64,000 bases of DNA from Acidobacteriota bacterium (GCA_965248695.1 CBDFKD010000002.1:1248001-1312000), one strand, 5' to 3'. Positions 1-10,906 are shown, counted from the first letter of the stretch. Numbers and translations are program-made. The notes: generated from the sequence alone by a model not told the origin.

Positions 1-155
1 GCGCCTCGGTGCCCGGATTGCCCGGATGCTGGTCGCAAGGATCCGACGAGCTCGAGGCGTTGGAGAGCATCAAGGTCGCAGTGCGGGAGTACCTAGAGGT
101 CGTTGCCGATCTCACGGAGGGCGCCGACGTGCGCGAGATCGAGATCGCTGTCTAG
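1..155 (+). CDS. hicB: HicB-family antitoxin, 5' end outside the window
   Basis: Frame 3 reads ASVPGLPGCWSQGSDELEALESIKVAVREYLEVVADLTEGADVREIEIAV*, with the HicB PxLPGCxSQG..EAL..I..A signature. Not in the ORF track. Confidence 0.85.
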   Translation, partial: ASVPGLPGCWSQGSDELEALESIKVAVREYLEVVADLTEGADVREIEIAV

Positions 156-158
156 GCG

Positions 159-275
159 ATGCCCAAGATCCCCGGTGTCAGCCACAAGCGCGCCAACCTA
201 ATCAACGCATTTACGATGGGCGGAATTGCGCGCGATGCCGGCTTGACTCCCGACGAATTCAAGAAGCTTCTCTAG
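159..275 (+). pseudogene. hicA: HicA toxin with an in-frame internal deletion (38 aa)
   Basis: MPKIPGVSHKRANLINAFTMGGIARDAGLTPDEFKKLL* keeps HicA-like N- and C-termini but lacks the central beta-strand region with the G-x-H motif. Starts 3 nt after the hicB stop. Confidence 0.75.
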
Positions 276-292
276 CTCATGAGCTCCGGAGT

Positions 293-385
293 CTACGGGT
301 GCCGCGAGTAGACGCGGCCGATGCGGAAGCCGAAGAACTCGGAGTCCCAGGGCAGCGGCTCGATGCTTCGGGAACGAGGGCTCAT
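293..385 (-). pseudogene. N-terminal remnant of a WecD/RffC-like dTDP-fucosamine acetyltransferase
   Basis: ATG overlaps the wecE stop (ATGA). Reads MSPRSRSIEPLPWDSEFFGFRIGRVYSRHP*, matching the LxWDSxFFG start of WecD-like GNATs, and stops after 30 aa. Confidence 0.65.
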
Positions 386-1536
386 GGCACAAATTCCAGG
401 ATCGACTCGATCACGGCGTGCTGATCGGACTCCGACAGGTCGTTGTAGAAGGGTAACCGCAACAGGCGGTCGGCGACCGACTCGGTTACCGGGCAGTCCC
501 CTTCCCTGCCGCCCGTGCGCTGGCCCATGGGCGAGAGGTTGAGCGGAAGGTAATGAAACACAGCGTAGATGCCCAGGGCGCGCAGGTGCTCGATGAGCCT
601 CGCACGCTGCTGCGGCTCGGGCAGGACGATCCAGTACAGGTGGTACGCCTGATCGCATCCGTCGGGCACGGTGGGGCGGCGGACGTCGTGAGTGGCAGCC
701 CAGTCGCCCAGGGCGGAGTCGTAGTGTTCCCAGATGGCGCGGCGGGCAGCCTGGATGCGCTCGTGCGCCTGCAGCTGCGCGAGCAGGAATGCCGCCAGGA
801 TCTCCGACGGCGGGTAGCTCGAGCCCAGGTCGACCCAGGTGTACTTGTCGACCTCGCCGCGGAAGAAGCGCGCCCGGTCGGTGCCCTTCTCGCGGATGAT
901 CTCGGCGCGGTCGACCAGGTCGGGATCGTTGACCACCAGCGCCCCGCCCTCCCCACAGGTGAAGTTCTTGGTGGAGTGGAAGCTCAGGGTCGACATGCGG
1001 CCGAGGGTGCCGAGGGGGCGGCCATTGTAGGCGCCCAGCAGGCCGTGGGCGTTGTCTTCGATCACGTCGAGGCTGTGGCGGAAGGCAATCTGCTCGATGG
1101 TGTCCATCTCACAAGCCACACCGCCGTAGTGCACCGGCACGATGGCGCGGGTTTGCGGGCCGATGAGCGGCTCGAGCTTGGTCTCGTCGAGGTTGAGGGT
1201 GTCGGGGCGGATATCGACGAAGCGCGGCACCGCACCGCGCAGGGCAAAGGCATTGGCAGTGGAGACGAAGGTGAACGACGGCATGATGATCTCGTCGCCC
1301 GGCTGCAAGTTGAGCAGCAGCGCGCTCATCTCCAGCGCGTGAGTGCACGAGGTGGTGAGCATGACGCGCCGGTCGCCACCGAGGAGCTGCTCGAGCAGCT
1401 GCTCGCACTGGCGGCCGTACTCGCCGTTGCCGACGATCTGCCCGGCCTCGATGGCGGCGCCGATGTTGTCGAGCTCGGCACCCGCCAGCGCTGTGCGGTT
1501 GAAGGGAATCTGGAAGGGCGGGCCGTCGGCCGTCAT
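382..1536 (-). CDS. wecE: dTDP-4-amino-4,6-dideoxygalactose transaminase (DegT/DnrJ family)
   Basis: Motifs TTSCTHALEM, SFTFVSTANAF, IEDNAH, SFHSTKN (PLP lysine), EKGTDR..FFRGEVDKYTWVD.GSSY. Confidence 0.93.
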   Translation of the reverse strand: MTADGPPFQIPFNRTALAGAELDNIGAAIEAGQIVGNGEYGRQCEQLLEQLLGGDRRVMLTTSCTHALEMSALLLNLQPGDEIIMPSFTFVSTANAFALRGAVPRFVDIRPDTLNLDETKLEPLIGPQTRAIVPVHYGGVACEMDTIEQIAFRHSLDVIEDNAHGLLGAYNGRPLGTLGRMSTLSFHSTKNFTCGEGGALVVNDPDLVDRAEIIREKGTDRARFFRGEVDKYTWVDLGSSYPPSEILAAFLLAQLQAHERIQAARRAIWEHYDSALGDWAATHDVRRPTVPDGCDQAYHLYWIVLPEPQQRARLIEHLRALGIYAVFHYLPLNLSPMGQRTGGREGDCPVTESVADRLLRLPFYNDLSESDQHAVIESILEFVP

Positions 1537-1587
1537 GGAAGCGCTCAGGGGCGAGGTCGGGCGGGGCTCGGGCGACGATGCCCGGGA

Positions 1588-1604
1588 GCGGCATTCTACA
1601 ACCG
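1588..1604 (-). promoter_or_regulatory. Putative -10 element upstream of wecE; exact 17-bp copy at 4091-4107
   Basis: The minus strand reads CGGTTGTAGAATGCCGC, containing TAGAAT about 55 nt upstream of the wecE ATG. Confidence 0.45.
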
Positions 1605-1758
1605 CGTTGCGGCGGCCGACTTCAGGCCCAGATCAGGAACGTTCGGCGTACCTGCTTGCCAGCCATGAGATCCGCACGTAGAGCTGCTTTCAGCGATTCG
1701 TAAGGTGTTTTCGGTTCTTCCTAAGGAGTTGTGATCGGGCTCCCGGCATCGTGCCGGC

Positions 1759-3338
1759 ATGAGCAAACCAAATCCAGAACAGACCGTCAGTTCCAGCCGA
1801 GCAATCCACACCGACGCCTTGATCATCGGATCCGGTTTCGGTGGAGCCGCACCGGCCTTGCGCTTGGCCGAAGCCGGCCTTCGCGTGCACGTGGTGGAGA
1901 GGGGGCCGCGAATCGGCGCAGGGCAGATCCGTCGGACACAAGATCCGAACTACCTGCGCGAGCACATTCGAAGCACCGGAGGCGACGAGATAAGCCTCAC
2001 CCATGTGAACGCCTATGGGGGTGCCGCGCCGTTCTACGAGATGGTGTCGCTACGATCGCCGGCCGCAGCTTTCCGTCAGCGATCGGAGACGGGAACGCGG
2101 CTGTGGCCGGACGGCCTGGATCGCGCCGCACTCGACCTCTACTACGCCCGCGCCGAGCAGACCATGGGCGTACGGCAGCTCGAAAGCAACCGGATCCCGA
2201 AGACCGGTCAGGTGTTCGCGCAGTTGATGCAGGATGCCGGCCACGATTGCACGCGTCTGCCGATGGCGATTGGCAACTGTGTCGGCTCGGGGTTCTGTGT
2301 GACCGGCTGTGTATTCGGCGCGAAGCGCGGACCGGATATGACGTACCTGCCGCGGGCAGAGGCGGCCGGCGCCGAGATTCGCACGGGTTGGGTGGCGCGA
2401 GCCATCCGGCCGCTTCGCGGCGCCGAGGACGCACCTGGCGGCGGACCGATCGAGGACGTTCCCTACCGCTATGACGTGGTGTGCGTCGAAGCCGATGCCG
2501 ATCCGGCTCGCTACCGACGCGTTACATATCGGACCAAGTTGCTGATCCTGGCCTCGGGCACTGTTGGAACCGCAGGTCTCCTGTTGCGCAACCGGGACAC
2601 GTTGCGGCACATGAGTCGGCATGTCGGTCGCAACGTTGCCCTCAACGTCAGCTCGAAGGTAGTGGCGTTGCTGCCCTCGTCGTACCCCGATGTGGACAAC
2701 TTCAGCGGCCAGTCGATCCCAGGGGTCGTCAGCTACTCGTTGCTCGAATCGCACGGCATCGTGACCTTCCCGGCCAAACCGCTGCCGGTGCAGTTGCTGG
2801 CTTCGGCTCGCTTGCGCGTAGAGGCGGAGGAGCATCGCGGCGAGTACTGGGGACCCGACAACGTGGCGTTCATGAAACGGTACCGTCGCCGAGCGCTCGT
2901 TCTGGTCGGCCTGGCGGTGGCGCCGCCGCTGGCGGAGATCCGCTGCCGCCCGGGCGAAGGGGTGCAACCGGACAAGCTGAGCGTTCGCGTTCAGAGCGAG
3001 TTGGCGCTCGAAGTGATGCAGCGACGCTGCGGGAGTTGCTGCGCAGTGCCGGATGCCAGCTCGTCGACTTGACGCTGACGAAGCTGGACGGATCGGCGAA
3101 AGGGAAGCGCCAGTTCGGTGGTGCGCACCACGTCGGTTCGTGCCGCATGGGTGCCTCCGCCGCCGAAGGCGCGGTGGACAGCGCCGGCGAACTGTTCGGG
3201 CATCCCGGGATTCATGTCACGGACGGGTCGGCGATCCCGGCCGCGCCCGGCGTTAACCCGAGCCTCACGATTCTCGCCAACGCGGAGCGCATCGCCGAGA
3301 CGCTTTGTGCTCGCTACACGACCGGAGAGAGAACATGA
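1759..3338 (+). pseudogene. GMC-family FAD oxidoreductase (cholesterol-oxidase-like), frameshifted near 2990-3030
   Basis: ORF 1759-3072 has IIGSGFGG..VVERG and the C..SGFCVTGC..GAK motif. The C-terminal GMC motifs (AHHVGSCRMG, TDGSAIP..GVNPSLTILANAERIA) are in another frame ending at 3338. May be a real frameshift or a sequencing error. Confidence 0.8.
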
Positions 3339-3970
3339 TCGTCGCCGACACTCCGCTGGAACGACCGAACCGCGCACATCGATCGGTCGAACTGACCCCG
3401 CTAGATCGGCGCCGGGCGCTGGCCCTCCTGGGCATGGCAGTGGCCGGGCTGGCGGCGCCAGGTTGCCTCGTATTGGACCGCGTCTTGTCGCGCTATCGCG
3501 GCATGCTGCGCGACGACCGACCCTTGGAAGAAGCCGTGTATCGGGGTTTCGTCGACGCCGTTATCCCGGGACTCGACACGAGAACACTCGACTCGCCGAA
3601 CCTGGTACGAGTGTTCTTCGACGAGGATCTGCCGTTCGCTGACTATCACCTCGACATGTCAGCGCACCTGTGCAAGTCAGCAGCGAAGCACTGTGACGAG
3701 TGGCGCTACCATACGCTGAACCCAGAGCGCCGCCGCGAGGTCATCCGACGAGGCATCGAGTCGGGCGGGCTTGTGCAGCGCCTCTACGAGGGAACGGTGT
3801 TCATCACCCAGGTGGCGACCTACGCCAACATCTACGATGATGCGCGCGGTTGCCGGTTGATCGACTACGAAGGCACCTCCGGCAAGCTCGACTGGAGGCG
3901 GATGTCGTACCCGGATCTGCCGGATCGCTACGCCGCCGACATTCGCTGCCCGGGCGGACAGCCTGGCTAG
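3335..3970 (+). CDS. Tat-signal partner subunit of the GMC oxidoreductase (gluconate 2-dehydrogenase subunit-3-like)
   Basis: ATGA overlap with the GMC gene; DRRRALALLG twin-arginine signal; FVDAVIPG motif. Confidence 0.55.
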   Translation: MIVADTPLERPNRAHRSVELTPLDRRRALALLGMAVAGLAAPGCLVLDRVLSRYRGMLRDDRPLEEAVYRGFVDAVIPGLDTRTLDSPNLVRVFFDEDLPFADYHLDMSAHLCKSAAKHCDEWRYHTLNPERRREVIRRGIESGGLVQRLYEGTVFITQVATYANIYDDARGCRLIDYEGTSGKLDWRRMSYPDLPDRYAADIRCPGGQPG

Positions 3971-4194
3971 GCCTGGCTCGCGACTCGTCGCTAGCAGGCG
4001 GCCAGCTCGTACTTGATACCGGCGCCGTCCACCTCCCGCGCCAGCTCGGCGACCTCGATCACCTGCCGTATGTGACCGGATCGACCGAGGGCGGCATTCT
4101 ACAACCGTGGGGCGACCGGAAACCTTCGGTGCAGCAGCTGCAAACTCAGTATTGAAAATGATGCGCTCCTTTCTTCCGCGTTAGGGTCCCCTGC

Positions 4195-5946
4195 ATGATC
4201 GGCGAGACACTCGGTAAGTACCGCATCGACGCCAAGCTCGGCGCCGGCGGCATGGCGCGCGTATTCCGCGCCCGTCACGTGCACCTGGAGCGCGAGGTGG
4301 CGATCAAGCTGCTGCACGCGCACCTGTCCGACGACGAGGCGCTGCGCGAGCGCTTCCTGCGCGAGGCACAGGCAATTGCCACGCTGCGGCGTCCCGGCAT
4401 CGTGCAGATCTACGACTTCGATGTGGACGACGGGGTGTGCTACATCGCCATGGAGTTTCTGAGCGGCGAGAGCCTCGAGGAGCGCGCGGCGGAGCGTGCC
4501 GTGGATGGTCGGGCGTCCTTCGCGGTCGACGAGGCGCTGCAGATCATCATGTCGGTGGGGGTGGCGCTGGCGCACGCGCATCGGGCCGGCATCGTGCACC
4601 GCGACGTGAAGCCGTCGAACGTCATGCTCACCGACGACGGCCGAACGGTGCTGACCGACTTCGGCCTCGCCACGGTGCTCGATCAGACGCGCATGACGGT
4701 GGAGGGCAGTTCGGCCGGCACGCCGTCGTACATGGCGCCGGAGCAGGCAATGGGCGAGCGCGGCGATCACCGCGCCGACATCTATTCCCTCGGCATCATG
4801 GCCTACGAGCTGCTCGCCGGAGAGCGGCCGTTCCAGTCGGAGACGCTGGCGGGGATGCTCCACAAGCACCTGCAGGAGGCGCCGCCGCCGCTGAGGCCGA
4901 AGGTGCCGGGGCTGGCGCCGCACATCGTCGAGACGATCGAGCGGGCGCTCGCCAAGCGGCCGGAGGATCGCTTCGGCTCGGTAGACGAGATGGTGGCAAC
5001 GCTCAAAGGCGTGCTGCTCGGCGCGCCAACCGGCAGCGCCGACGATGCGACCACGGTCACCGATTACGCCGCCACGGCGCCGGCGATGTCGACCCGTGAG
5101 ATCGCCGCTGCAGTCGGCGGCACCGACGCCGGTCGTGGTGCCGGCGGGGACCGCGTGGCGTCGCGTCAACGGCTGATCATCGGCGTGGCGGCGTTGGTGC
5201 TGGCGGTGGTGGCCGGCTGGTGGGCGCTGGGGAACCTGGCGGCGACGAGCGGCGCGCCTGCCGAGCTCACCGACGACCCGGAGGCGGTGCCATCGATGGT
5301 GGCGCCCGCCGAGCCCGAGATTCCGTCGATGGCGCCGATGCCGCCGTGGACGGATGCTTTTGACGACAATACCCACGAGTGGGACCTGAGCACCGGACCG
5401 GTGTCGCGCTCGATGGTCGACGGCGCCTACCAGATCGAGCTGCGGGTGGGCGGCCAGGCGGTCTCGTCCACGGCGCACGGCGGTGGCCATTTCGGTGACC
5501 TGCAGTTTTCCAGCGACGCCAGCCTCGCCGAGGGTCAGCCAGAGAGCGGCTACGGGCTGGTGTTCCGGCGCGTCGACGAGCGCAACTACTACGTGTTCGC
5601 GGTCAACGGGCTGGGACAGTGGAGCGTGTGGGCGCTGGAGGCCGGCGCCTGGCGCGAGCTGCGCGGTCTGGCACAGCCGTGGACCGACCATGAGGCGATT
5701 CGGCGCGACGGCACCAACCGGCTCGCCGTGAAGGCTCTCGGCAACATGATCACGGTGACGGCCAACGACGTGGAGCTCGGTACGGTAGCCGACGAGACCT
5801 TTGTCGAAGGCTACCTCGGCTACTATGCGGCCTCTTCGCGCAGCGCCGGCAGCCCGTTGACCCGGGCGCGCTTCGACAATGCCAGGGTCGAGCCACTGAA
5901 GATCGACGCCGACGCACCGTCGATGGTGGCCAAGCCGGAGCGCTAA
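4195..5946 (+). CDS. Hanks-type Ser/Thr kinase with a TM helix and an extracellular beta-rich domain
   Basis: LGAGGMARV, VAIK, HRDVKPSN, DFG and YMAPE motifs; hydrophobic segment LIIGVAALVLAVVAGWW. Confidence 0.93.
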   Translation: MIGETLGKYRIDAKLGAGGMARVFRARHVHLEREVAIKLLHAHLSDDEALRERFLREAQAIATLRRPGIVQIYDFDVDDGVCYIAMEFLSGESLEERAAERAVDGRASFAVDEALQIIMSVGVALAHAHRAGIVHRDVKPSNVMLTDDGRTVLTDFGLATVLDQTRMTVEGSSAGTPSYMAPEQAMGERGDHRADIYSLGIMAYELLAGERPFQSETLAGMLHKHLQEAPPPLRPKVPGLAPHIVETIERALAKRPEDRFGSVDEMVATLKGVLLGAPTGSADDATTVTDYAATAPAMSTREIAAAVGGTDAGRGAGGDRVASRQRLIIGVAALVLAVVAGWWALGNLAATSGAPAELTDDPEAVPSMVAPAEPEIPSMAPMPPWTDAFDDNTHEWDLSTGPVSRSMVDGAYQIELRVGGQAVSSTAHGGGHFGDLQFSSDASLAEGQPESGYGLVFRRVDERNYYVFAVNGLGQWSVWALEAGAWRELRGLAQPWTDHEAIRRDGTNRLAVKALGNMITVTANDVELGTVADETFVEGYLGYYAASSRSAGSPLTRARFDNARVEPLKIDADAPSMVAKPER

Positions 5947-6043
5947 CCGCCGCACTCGTCGAGCGCTGAGGGGCTCGGGAGCGATACACTCAGGTTCGCT
6001 GGCGCGGGGGTCGCCAGCAGCACTTTCAGAGGCGATCCTGGCA

Positions 6044-7360
6044 ATGCGAACCAGAGCGATCCTGCTTTCCTGCCTGCTGGCTACGGTCGGCGGCTGCGCC
6101 CGGCAGCCGCCCGGCGGCATCGTGCTGGTGGTGATCGACACGTTGCGGGCCGACCACATGAGCCTGCACGGCTACGAGCGCCCGACGACGCCGCGCATCG
6201 ACGAGCTGGCCGCCAGCGGCAGCGTGTTCGAGCGCGCCTACTCGGCCTCCTCATGGACCCTGCCCGGCACCGCCAGCATCCTCACGGGTCTGTATCCCAG
6301 CGCCCATGGGGCCGGCACGTCGGATCATCGACGGATTCGTCAGGGCGTGCTCACGCTGGCGCAGTACCTGTCTGGGGCGGGCTTCTCCACCGGCGCGGTG
6401 GTGAACGTGTCGTTCCTGAGCCCGAAGTTCGGTATGGCGACCGGGTTCGATAGCTACAACCTGGCTTCGGCGACCGCCAACGATCTGCGACTCGCCGATG
6501 AGAGCCTCGACGATGCCCTCGAGTGGCTCGATCTGCGCGATCCGTCGCGGCCCTTCTTCTTGCTGCTGCACGTATTCGACGTGCACCATCAGTACTTCGC
6601 CCCGGAACCGGCACGCGGGGCGTTCACCCAGGTGTTCGCCGATCGCTACGGCGACACGCTGGGCAGCGTCGAGAGCCGTCTGGCGGCGGAGCAATCGCAG
6701 GACGTGGAGTTCTTGAAGGCGGCCTACGACGAGGAGATCCTCGCCGTCGATGCGCAGATCGGACGGCTATTCGAGGCCCTGCAACAACGCGACCTGCGCG
6801 ACACTACCTGGGTGGCGCTGACCTCCGACCACGGGGAGGCGTTCCGCGGGGAGCACTACCACCAGGGGCACGGCCGCTCGCTGTACAACGAAGTAATGCG
6901 GGTGCCGTTGATCCTCTGGGGCCCCGGAGTTCCGGCCGGGGCGCGATACGAGGAACCGGTATCTACGGTGGACATCGTGCCGACTCTGCTCGACGCCGCA
7001 CAGCTGGAAGTTCCCGACCTTTCGGGTGGCTCCCTGCTACCGCTGCTGGCCGGTGGGGCGGCACCCGAGCGCCCGATCTATGCGCGCAGCAACTACTACG
7101 GCATCGAGCTGGAGGCGATCGTCGACTGGCCCTACAAGATGGTGGTCAACCGCACCGCCCGCTCGCCGGCAATCTACGACCTCAGCACAGACCCCGGCGA
7201 GCTCGTGCCGCTCCACGATCCTGACAATGCGCGGCTAACCCGCAGGGCCCGACGTCTGCAGCGTCAGATGCGCGAGCTACGCCGCGACCGCGAGGGCAGC
7301 GCCGTGGAGCTGTCGCCGGAGCTCGAGCGTCAGCTGCGAGCGCTCGGCTATATCCAGTAG
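6044..7360 (+). CDS. Sulfatase/alkaline-phosphatase-superfamily lipoprotein
   Basis: Lipobox [27 protein letters not shown]-terminal LRALGYIQ. Confidence 0.88.
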   Translation: MRTRAILLSCLLATVGGCARQPPGGIVLVVIDTLRADHMSLHGYERPTTPRIDELAASGSVFERAYSASSWTLPGTASILTGLYPSAHGAGTSDHRRIRQGVLTLAQYLSGAGFSTGAVVNVSFLSPKFGMATGFDSYNLASATANDLRLADESLDDALEWLDLRDPSRPFFLLLHVFDVHHQYFAPEPARGAFTQVFADRYGDTLGSVESRLAAEQSQDVEFLKAAYDEEILAVDAQIGRLFEALQQRDLRDTTWVALTSDHGEAFRGEHYHQGHGRSLYNEVMRVPLILWGPGVPAGARYEEPVSTVDIVPTLLDAAQLEVPDLSGGSLLPLLAGGAAPERPIYARSNYYGIELEAIVDWPYKMVVNRTARSPAIYDLSTDPGELVPLHDPDNARLTRRARRLQRQMRELRRDREGSAVELSPELERQLRALGYIQ

Positions 7361-7377
7361 CCCGAATCCCGTAAGTA

Positions 7378-7519
7378 GTCGGTGGCGAATACCCTCCGGC
7401 AGGACCTTGATGGCGACATCACGATCCAGCGTCGTATCGCGTGCTCGGTACACCTGCCCCATCCCGCCTTCACCGAGCGGGGCGAGGATCTCGTAGTGGC
7501 CGAGCGTCTTGCCGATCAT
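7378..7519 (-). pseudogene. N-terminal remnant of a second Ser/Thr kinase
   Basis: TGATG coupling to the upstream kinase. Reads [42 protein letters not shown], then VFATD in a shifted frame, then similarity ends. Confidence 0.8.
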
Positions 7520-10161
7520 CAGGAGCCGTCCGTCGGCACTAGCTGGTTCAGCTCGTCGAACCAGTTGAGCACCAGGTGCGGCTGCGCCGGCTCGGTGGGC
7601 GCCAAGGCAATCACGAACCGCAGCGTCGAAGACACGTCCCACTCGCTTCCCACTCCCTCCACGACGAGTTCAGCCGTTGATGTCGTGAGGTCGTTTCCCT
7701 CGATCACGTCGACGACGAACACGCGGTCGCCGGATTGGTAAAAGAGCTGCTGCCCGTTGTCGGACCAGCGAGGACGTGTGCCGCCGGTCGTCGTGACTTT
7801 CCATTCGTACGCGGCCGGCCCTGCCGGATAGGGTGTGACGTAGATCTCCGAGCGTCCCGTTCTGTCGGACGCGAAGGCCAGATGCCGCCCATCGGGGGAA
7901 AAGCTCGGAGTCTCCTCGTCGGCAGTTGACGTCAGGAACGGGGTCCCGCCGTCGGAGGCGTCGATGGGGTACACCCAGACGTCGCGACTATGGTCGGAAC
8001 TTTGAGTCACGGCGAGCACATCGTCCGGCGACCATGAGAGGTTCTGTTTATAGTCGGGCCCGACGACGACTTCGCGCTCCGGACCGCTACCGTTAGCAGC
8101 GCGGACAAAGACGTCGCCGGAGCCGAGCCGCTCCGACACATACGCCACCCGACTCCCGTCCGGCGAGAAGACAGGGTAGTGATCCCAGCCAGCACCCTGA
8201 CCGATGGGAACACGGTCTTCGCGTACCAGATCGTGCACCCAGACCTCCTCGCCCTCGACAGGGTCGACGATCGCCGAGGCAACATGTCGCCCGTCGGGCG
8301 ACAGGGCGATGTCCTGGTACTCCACTTCGGGGTCGCCGATCGGACGTATGCCGTCGTCGAAGTCGATGCGGATCAGGCGTCCTCGCGGTGCGAGCGCACG
8401 CGTCAGATACGCTAGCGACCCGTCGGCGGTAAAGGCGTAGGCGGCGGTCCCCTGCGCTGCGTTGGTCAGTACGTTGTCGAGCACCTGGACGGACTCGCCG
8501 ACGGCCAGCGTCTCCGGGTCGAAAGGAGCTGCCATCAGCACGTTCTCACGCACGTAGATCAGATGTCCGCTGGGGGCGAAGCTCGGCGCGAAGCCACGGC
8601 CAACTAGCAAGGTTCGACGCCCAGTCGACAACGACCGGACCGCGATTCGCCAGTCTGTATCCCAGAACCCGTGCAGCACGTGATCCCCGTCCGGTAGCAA
8701 GGACGCAAAGCTGTGCCCGATCTCGTCGTCCTGGAGCCCCAGCAGCGGCGCCGGCGTTCCACCTGACGCGGGGACGTGCCGCACCATGCCGCCGAACCCA
8801 GTGGAAAACAGAATCGTGTCCCCGGTTGTCCAAGAAACGGAGGTGACTCGTTCGGTGATCGCCCCCGGGATAGCTTCCGGCCGGCCTCCTCCCTGGGGGA
8901 CCAGGGTTAGGCGGTTGTTGACCGCGTAGAAGCCCAGCTGGCCCGAAGGAGAGTAGAAGGGCGCGACGCCGCCGTCGGTGCCGGGAATCGGCTCGATGTC
9001 GCCGGTACTCAGATCGAGGACCTGCAATGAGCTGCCTTCCGTTGCGAACACGAGTCTTTGCCCATCCGGTGAGATTGCGATCTTCGAGTTCTCGTTGTGC
9101 GGGCGCTCATACACCCCCTCGACCGTCGCCAGAGCAAGATGCCGCGTTGGGCTCGTGTCCGGAGCTGTATCAGGCGAGCGCGTAAGCAACACGGTCATCA
9201 CGGCCGCGAGCGCGGCAGCCGCGACACCGATCGCCAGATGTGACAACCCGAGCTTCCGCTCTGAGTCGGGGGCCCTCGTTGCCACGCCAGTCGTCCCGGC
9301 GCGCACATCGACGCTCAGGCGGCGAAGGTCGACGGCGAGGTCGGCCGCCGACTGATAGCGGTGTGCGCGGTCCTTGGCCAGGCACTTGGAGACGATCCAT
9401 TGAAGCTGTGCCGGCGCATCGGCTGCCACTTCCGTCACCGGAGTCGGTTCCGCGTGCCCGATACGGTGCAGTGTGTCGTGCAGGCTTTCGCCAGCGAACG
9501 GCGGTATGCCGGACACCGTCTCGTAGAGCACGCAGCCGCAGGCGAACAGATCGGCGCGATGATCGATCTCCACCGTTCCGTCGACCTGTTCGGGCGCCAT
9601 GTACCCGGCGGTACCCATCACCTGCCCGGCCACAGTGCCGACCATCGTCGGCGACTGCGTGGCACCGCCTTCCCCTGCGCTGGAGACCTCGATCAGCTTT
9701 GCCAGTCCGAAATCCAAGACTTTGGCGTGCCGTTCCCCGGTGACGAAGATGTTCTCGGGCTTGATATCCCGGTGAACGATCCCCGCTGCGTGCGCGGCGG
9801 CGAGTGCCTCGGCGATCTGGGTGGTGAAGTCGAGAGCCTTGGGCAGCGGGAGTGCGCCTCGCCTGAGTGGCTCGCGCAGCGTCTCGCCCTCCAGGTACTC
9901 CTGCACCATGAAATGGGTGCCGTCCTCGGTGCCGACATCGAAGACCGACGCTATGTGCGGATGGTTCAGAGCGGCGGCAGCGCGGGCCTCCTGCTCGAAG
10001 CGGGCCAGTCGCTCGGGGTCAGAGGCAAACTCGGCGGGCAGCACCTTGATGGCCACCTTGCGGCCCAAGCGCGTGTCCTGTGCCAGGTACACCACGCCCA
10101 TACCGCCAGCACCGAGCTGCTCGGTGATCTCGTAGGGGCCTAGTTTGGTGCCGGGTTCCAT
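7519..10161 (-). CDS. Ser/Thr kinase with TM helix and C-terminal TolB/PD40 beta-propellers
   Basis: [28 protein letters not shown]; repeated (F/W)SPDG motifs. Confidence 0.93.
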   Translation of the reverse strand: MEPGTKLGPYEITEQLGAGGMGVVYLAQDTRLGRKVAIKVLPAEFASDPERLARFEQEARAAAALNHPHIASVFDVGTEDGTHFMVQEYLEGETLREPLRRGALPLPKALDFTTQIAEALAAAHAAGIVHRDIKPENIFVTGERHAKVLDFGLAKLIEVSSAGEGGATQSPTMVGTVAGQVMGTAGYMAPEQVDGTVEIDHRADLFACGCVLYETVSGIPPFAGESLHDTLHRIGHAEPTPVTEVAADAPAQLQWIVSKCLAKDRAHRYQSAADLAVDLRRLSVDVRAGTTGVATRAPDSERKLGLSHLAIGVAAAALAAVMTVLLTRSPDTAPDTSPTRHLALATVEGVYERPHNENSKIAISPDGQRLVFATEGSSLQVLDLSTGDIEPIPGTDGGVAPFYSPSGQLGFYAVNNRLTLVPQGGGRPEAIPGAITERVTSVSWTTGDTILFSTGFGGMVRHVPASGGTPAPLLGLQDDEIGHSFASLLPDGDHVLHGFWDTDWRIAVRSLSTGRRTLLVGRGFAPSFAPSGHLIYVRENVLMAAPFDPETLAVGESVQVLDNVLTNAAQGTAAYAFTADGSLAYLTRALAPRGRLIRIDFDDGIRPIGDPEVEYQDIALSPDGRHVASAIVDPVEGEEVWVHDLVREDRVPIGQGAGWDHYPVFSPDGSRVAYVSERLGSGDVFVRAANGSGPEREVVVGPDYKQNLSWSPDDVLAVTQSSDHSRDVWVYPIDASDGGTPFLTSTADEETPSFSPDGRHLAFASDRTGRSEIYVTPYPAGPAAYEWKVTTTGGTRPRWSDNGQQLFYQSGDRVFVVDVIEGNDLTTSTAELVVEGVGSEWDVSSTLRFVIALAPTEPAQPHLVLNWFDELNQLVPTDGS

Positions 10162-10268
10162 GGCGCTGCCAGACGGAGGTAGATGAGCGCCTGAAGCCTA
10201 TCTCTGAGGCTCGCGAGGGTCCACGGGAGGACGCAGTACCGGTGCGGATCGAGTAAAACGGCGAGTAA

Positions 10269-10554
10269 TCAGGACTCGGCCGCACGCCGCGAGCGCCGGA
10301 GGGCGAGCACGCACATGCCGGCGACAAGCACCACGCTGGTGGCGACCAGCGCCATCGAGACGGTGTTGGCGATCGACATCGGGAACGTCAGCCAGCCCAA
10401 CGCAGACCCCAGCCCGGCGAGCACGAAGGCCCAGCCGCCGAAGCGTCGATAGGCCTGGCCCTTGGCTGGTTCGCAGCGCTCGTTCGACAACGGCCTGAGG
10501 ATCTTGGGAATGACGTTGCCGAAGGATGAGCGAGCGCTTGATGGTCATTGTCAT
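10269..10554 (-). pseudogene. Membrane partner of SdpR (SdpI-like) with an out-of-frame internal deletion
   Basis: ATGA-coupled start MTMTIKRSLIL joins, in another frame, FGNVIPKILRP...RRFGGWAFVLAGL...SMALVATSVVLV, typical of small membrane proteins downstream of SdpR. Confidence 0.55.
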
Positions 10555-10865
10555 GCCTCCTTGTTGCCTGTGTCACTGGCCGGGCGGTTGTCCTTACCCA
10601 GCTCGAGCTCCAGACCGAACACCTGGGTGAACCCCATGAGCGCTTCCTCGAGCACCGACATCTGCAGTCGGTACGTGATGCTCGTGCCCTGCCGGGTCGC
10701 GTCCACCAGGCCGGCCTCGCGCAGCACCGCGAAGTGAGCCGACATCGTCGGTTTGGAGAGCGTGAATTGATCGGCCAGCTCGCCCGCCGTCATCGGGCGT
10801 CGCCGCAGAAGCTGCAGCACGCGACGCCGTGTCGGATCAGAGAGGGCCTTGAAGACTTTGTTCAT
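10551..10865 (-). CDS. ArsR/SmtB-family autorepressor, SdpR-like
   Basis: VFKALSDPTRRRVLQLL..MTAGELADQF.LSKPTMSAHFAVLREAGLV...SVLEE. Confidence 0.9.
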   Translation of the reverse strand: MNKVFKALSDPTRRRVLQLLRRRPMTAGELADQFTLSKPTMSAHFAVLREAGLVDATRQGTSITYRLQMSVLEEALMGFTQVFGLELELGKDNRPASDTGNKEA

Positions 10866-10900
10866 GATTAGATAATTCGCTAATCATCTAATCATGTCAA
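10863..10900 (-). promoter_or_regulatory. Promoter with an 11-bp inverted-repeat operator for the SdpR-like gene (probably leaderless)
   Basis: CATGATTAGAT-N12-ATCTAATCATG is a perfect inverted repeat (10863-10896). Minus-strand TTGACA at 10900-10895. Confidence 0.7.
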
Positions 10901-10906
10901 GTCGAC

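Noticed and set aside
4099-6159. Long antisense ORFs (e.g. 4099-6159, 22582-24381, 61574-63070)
   Set aside because: These are shadow frames of well-supported genes on the opposite strand in GC-rich DNA, with no motifs of their own.
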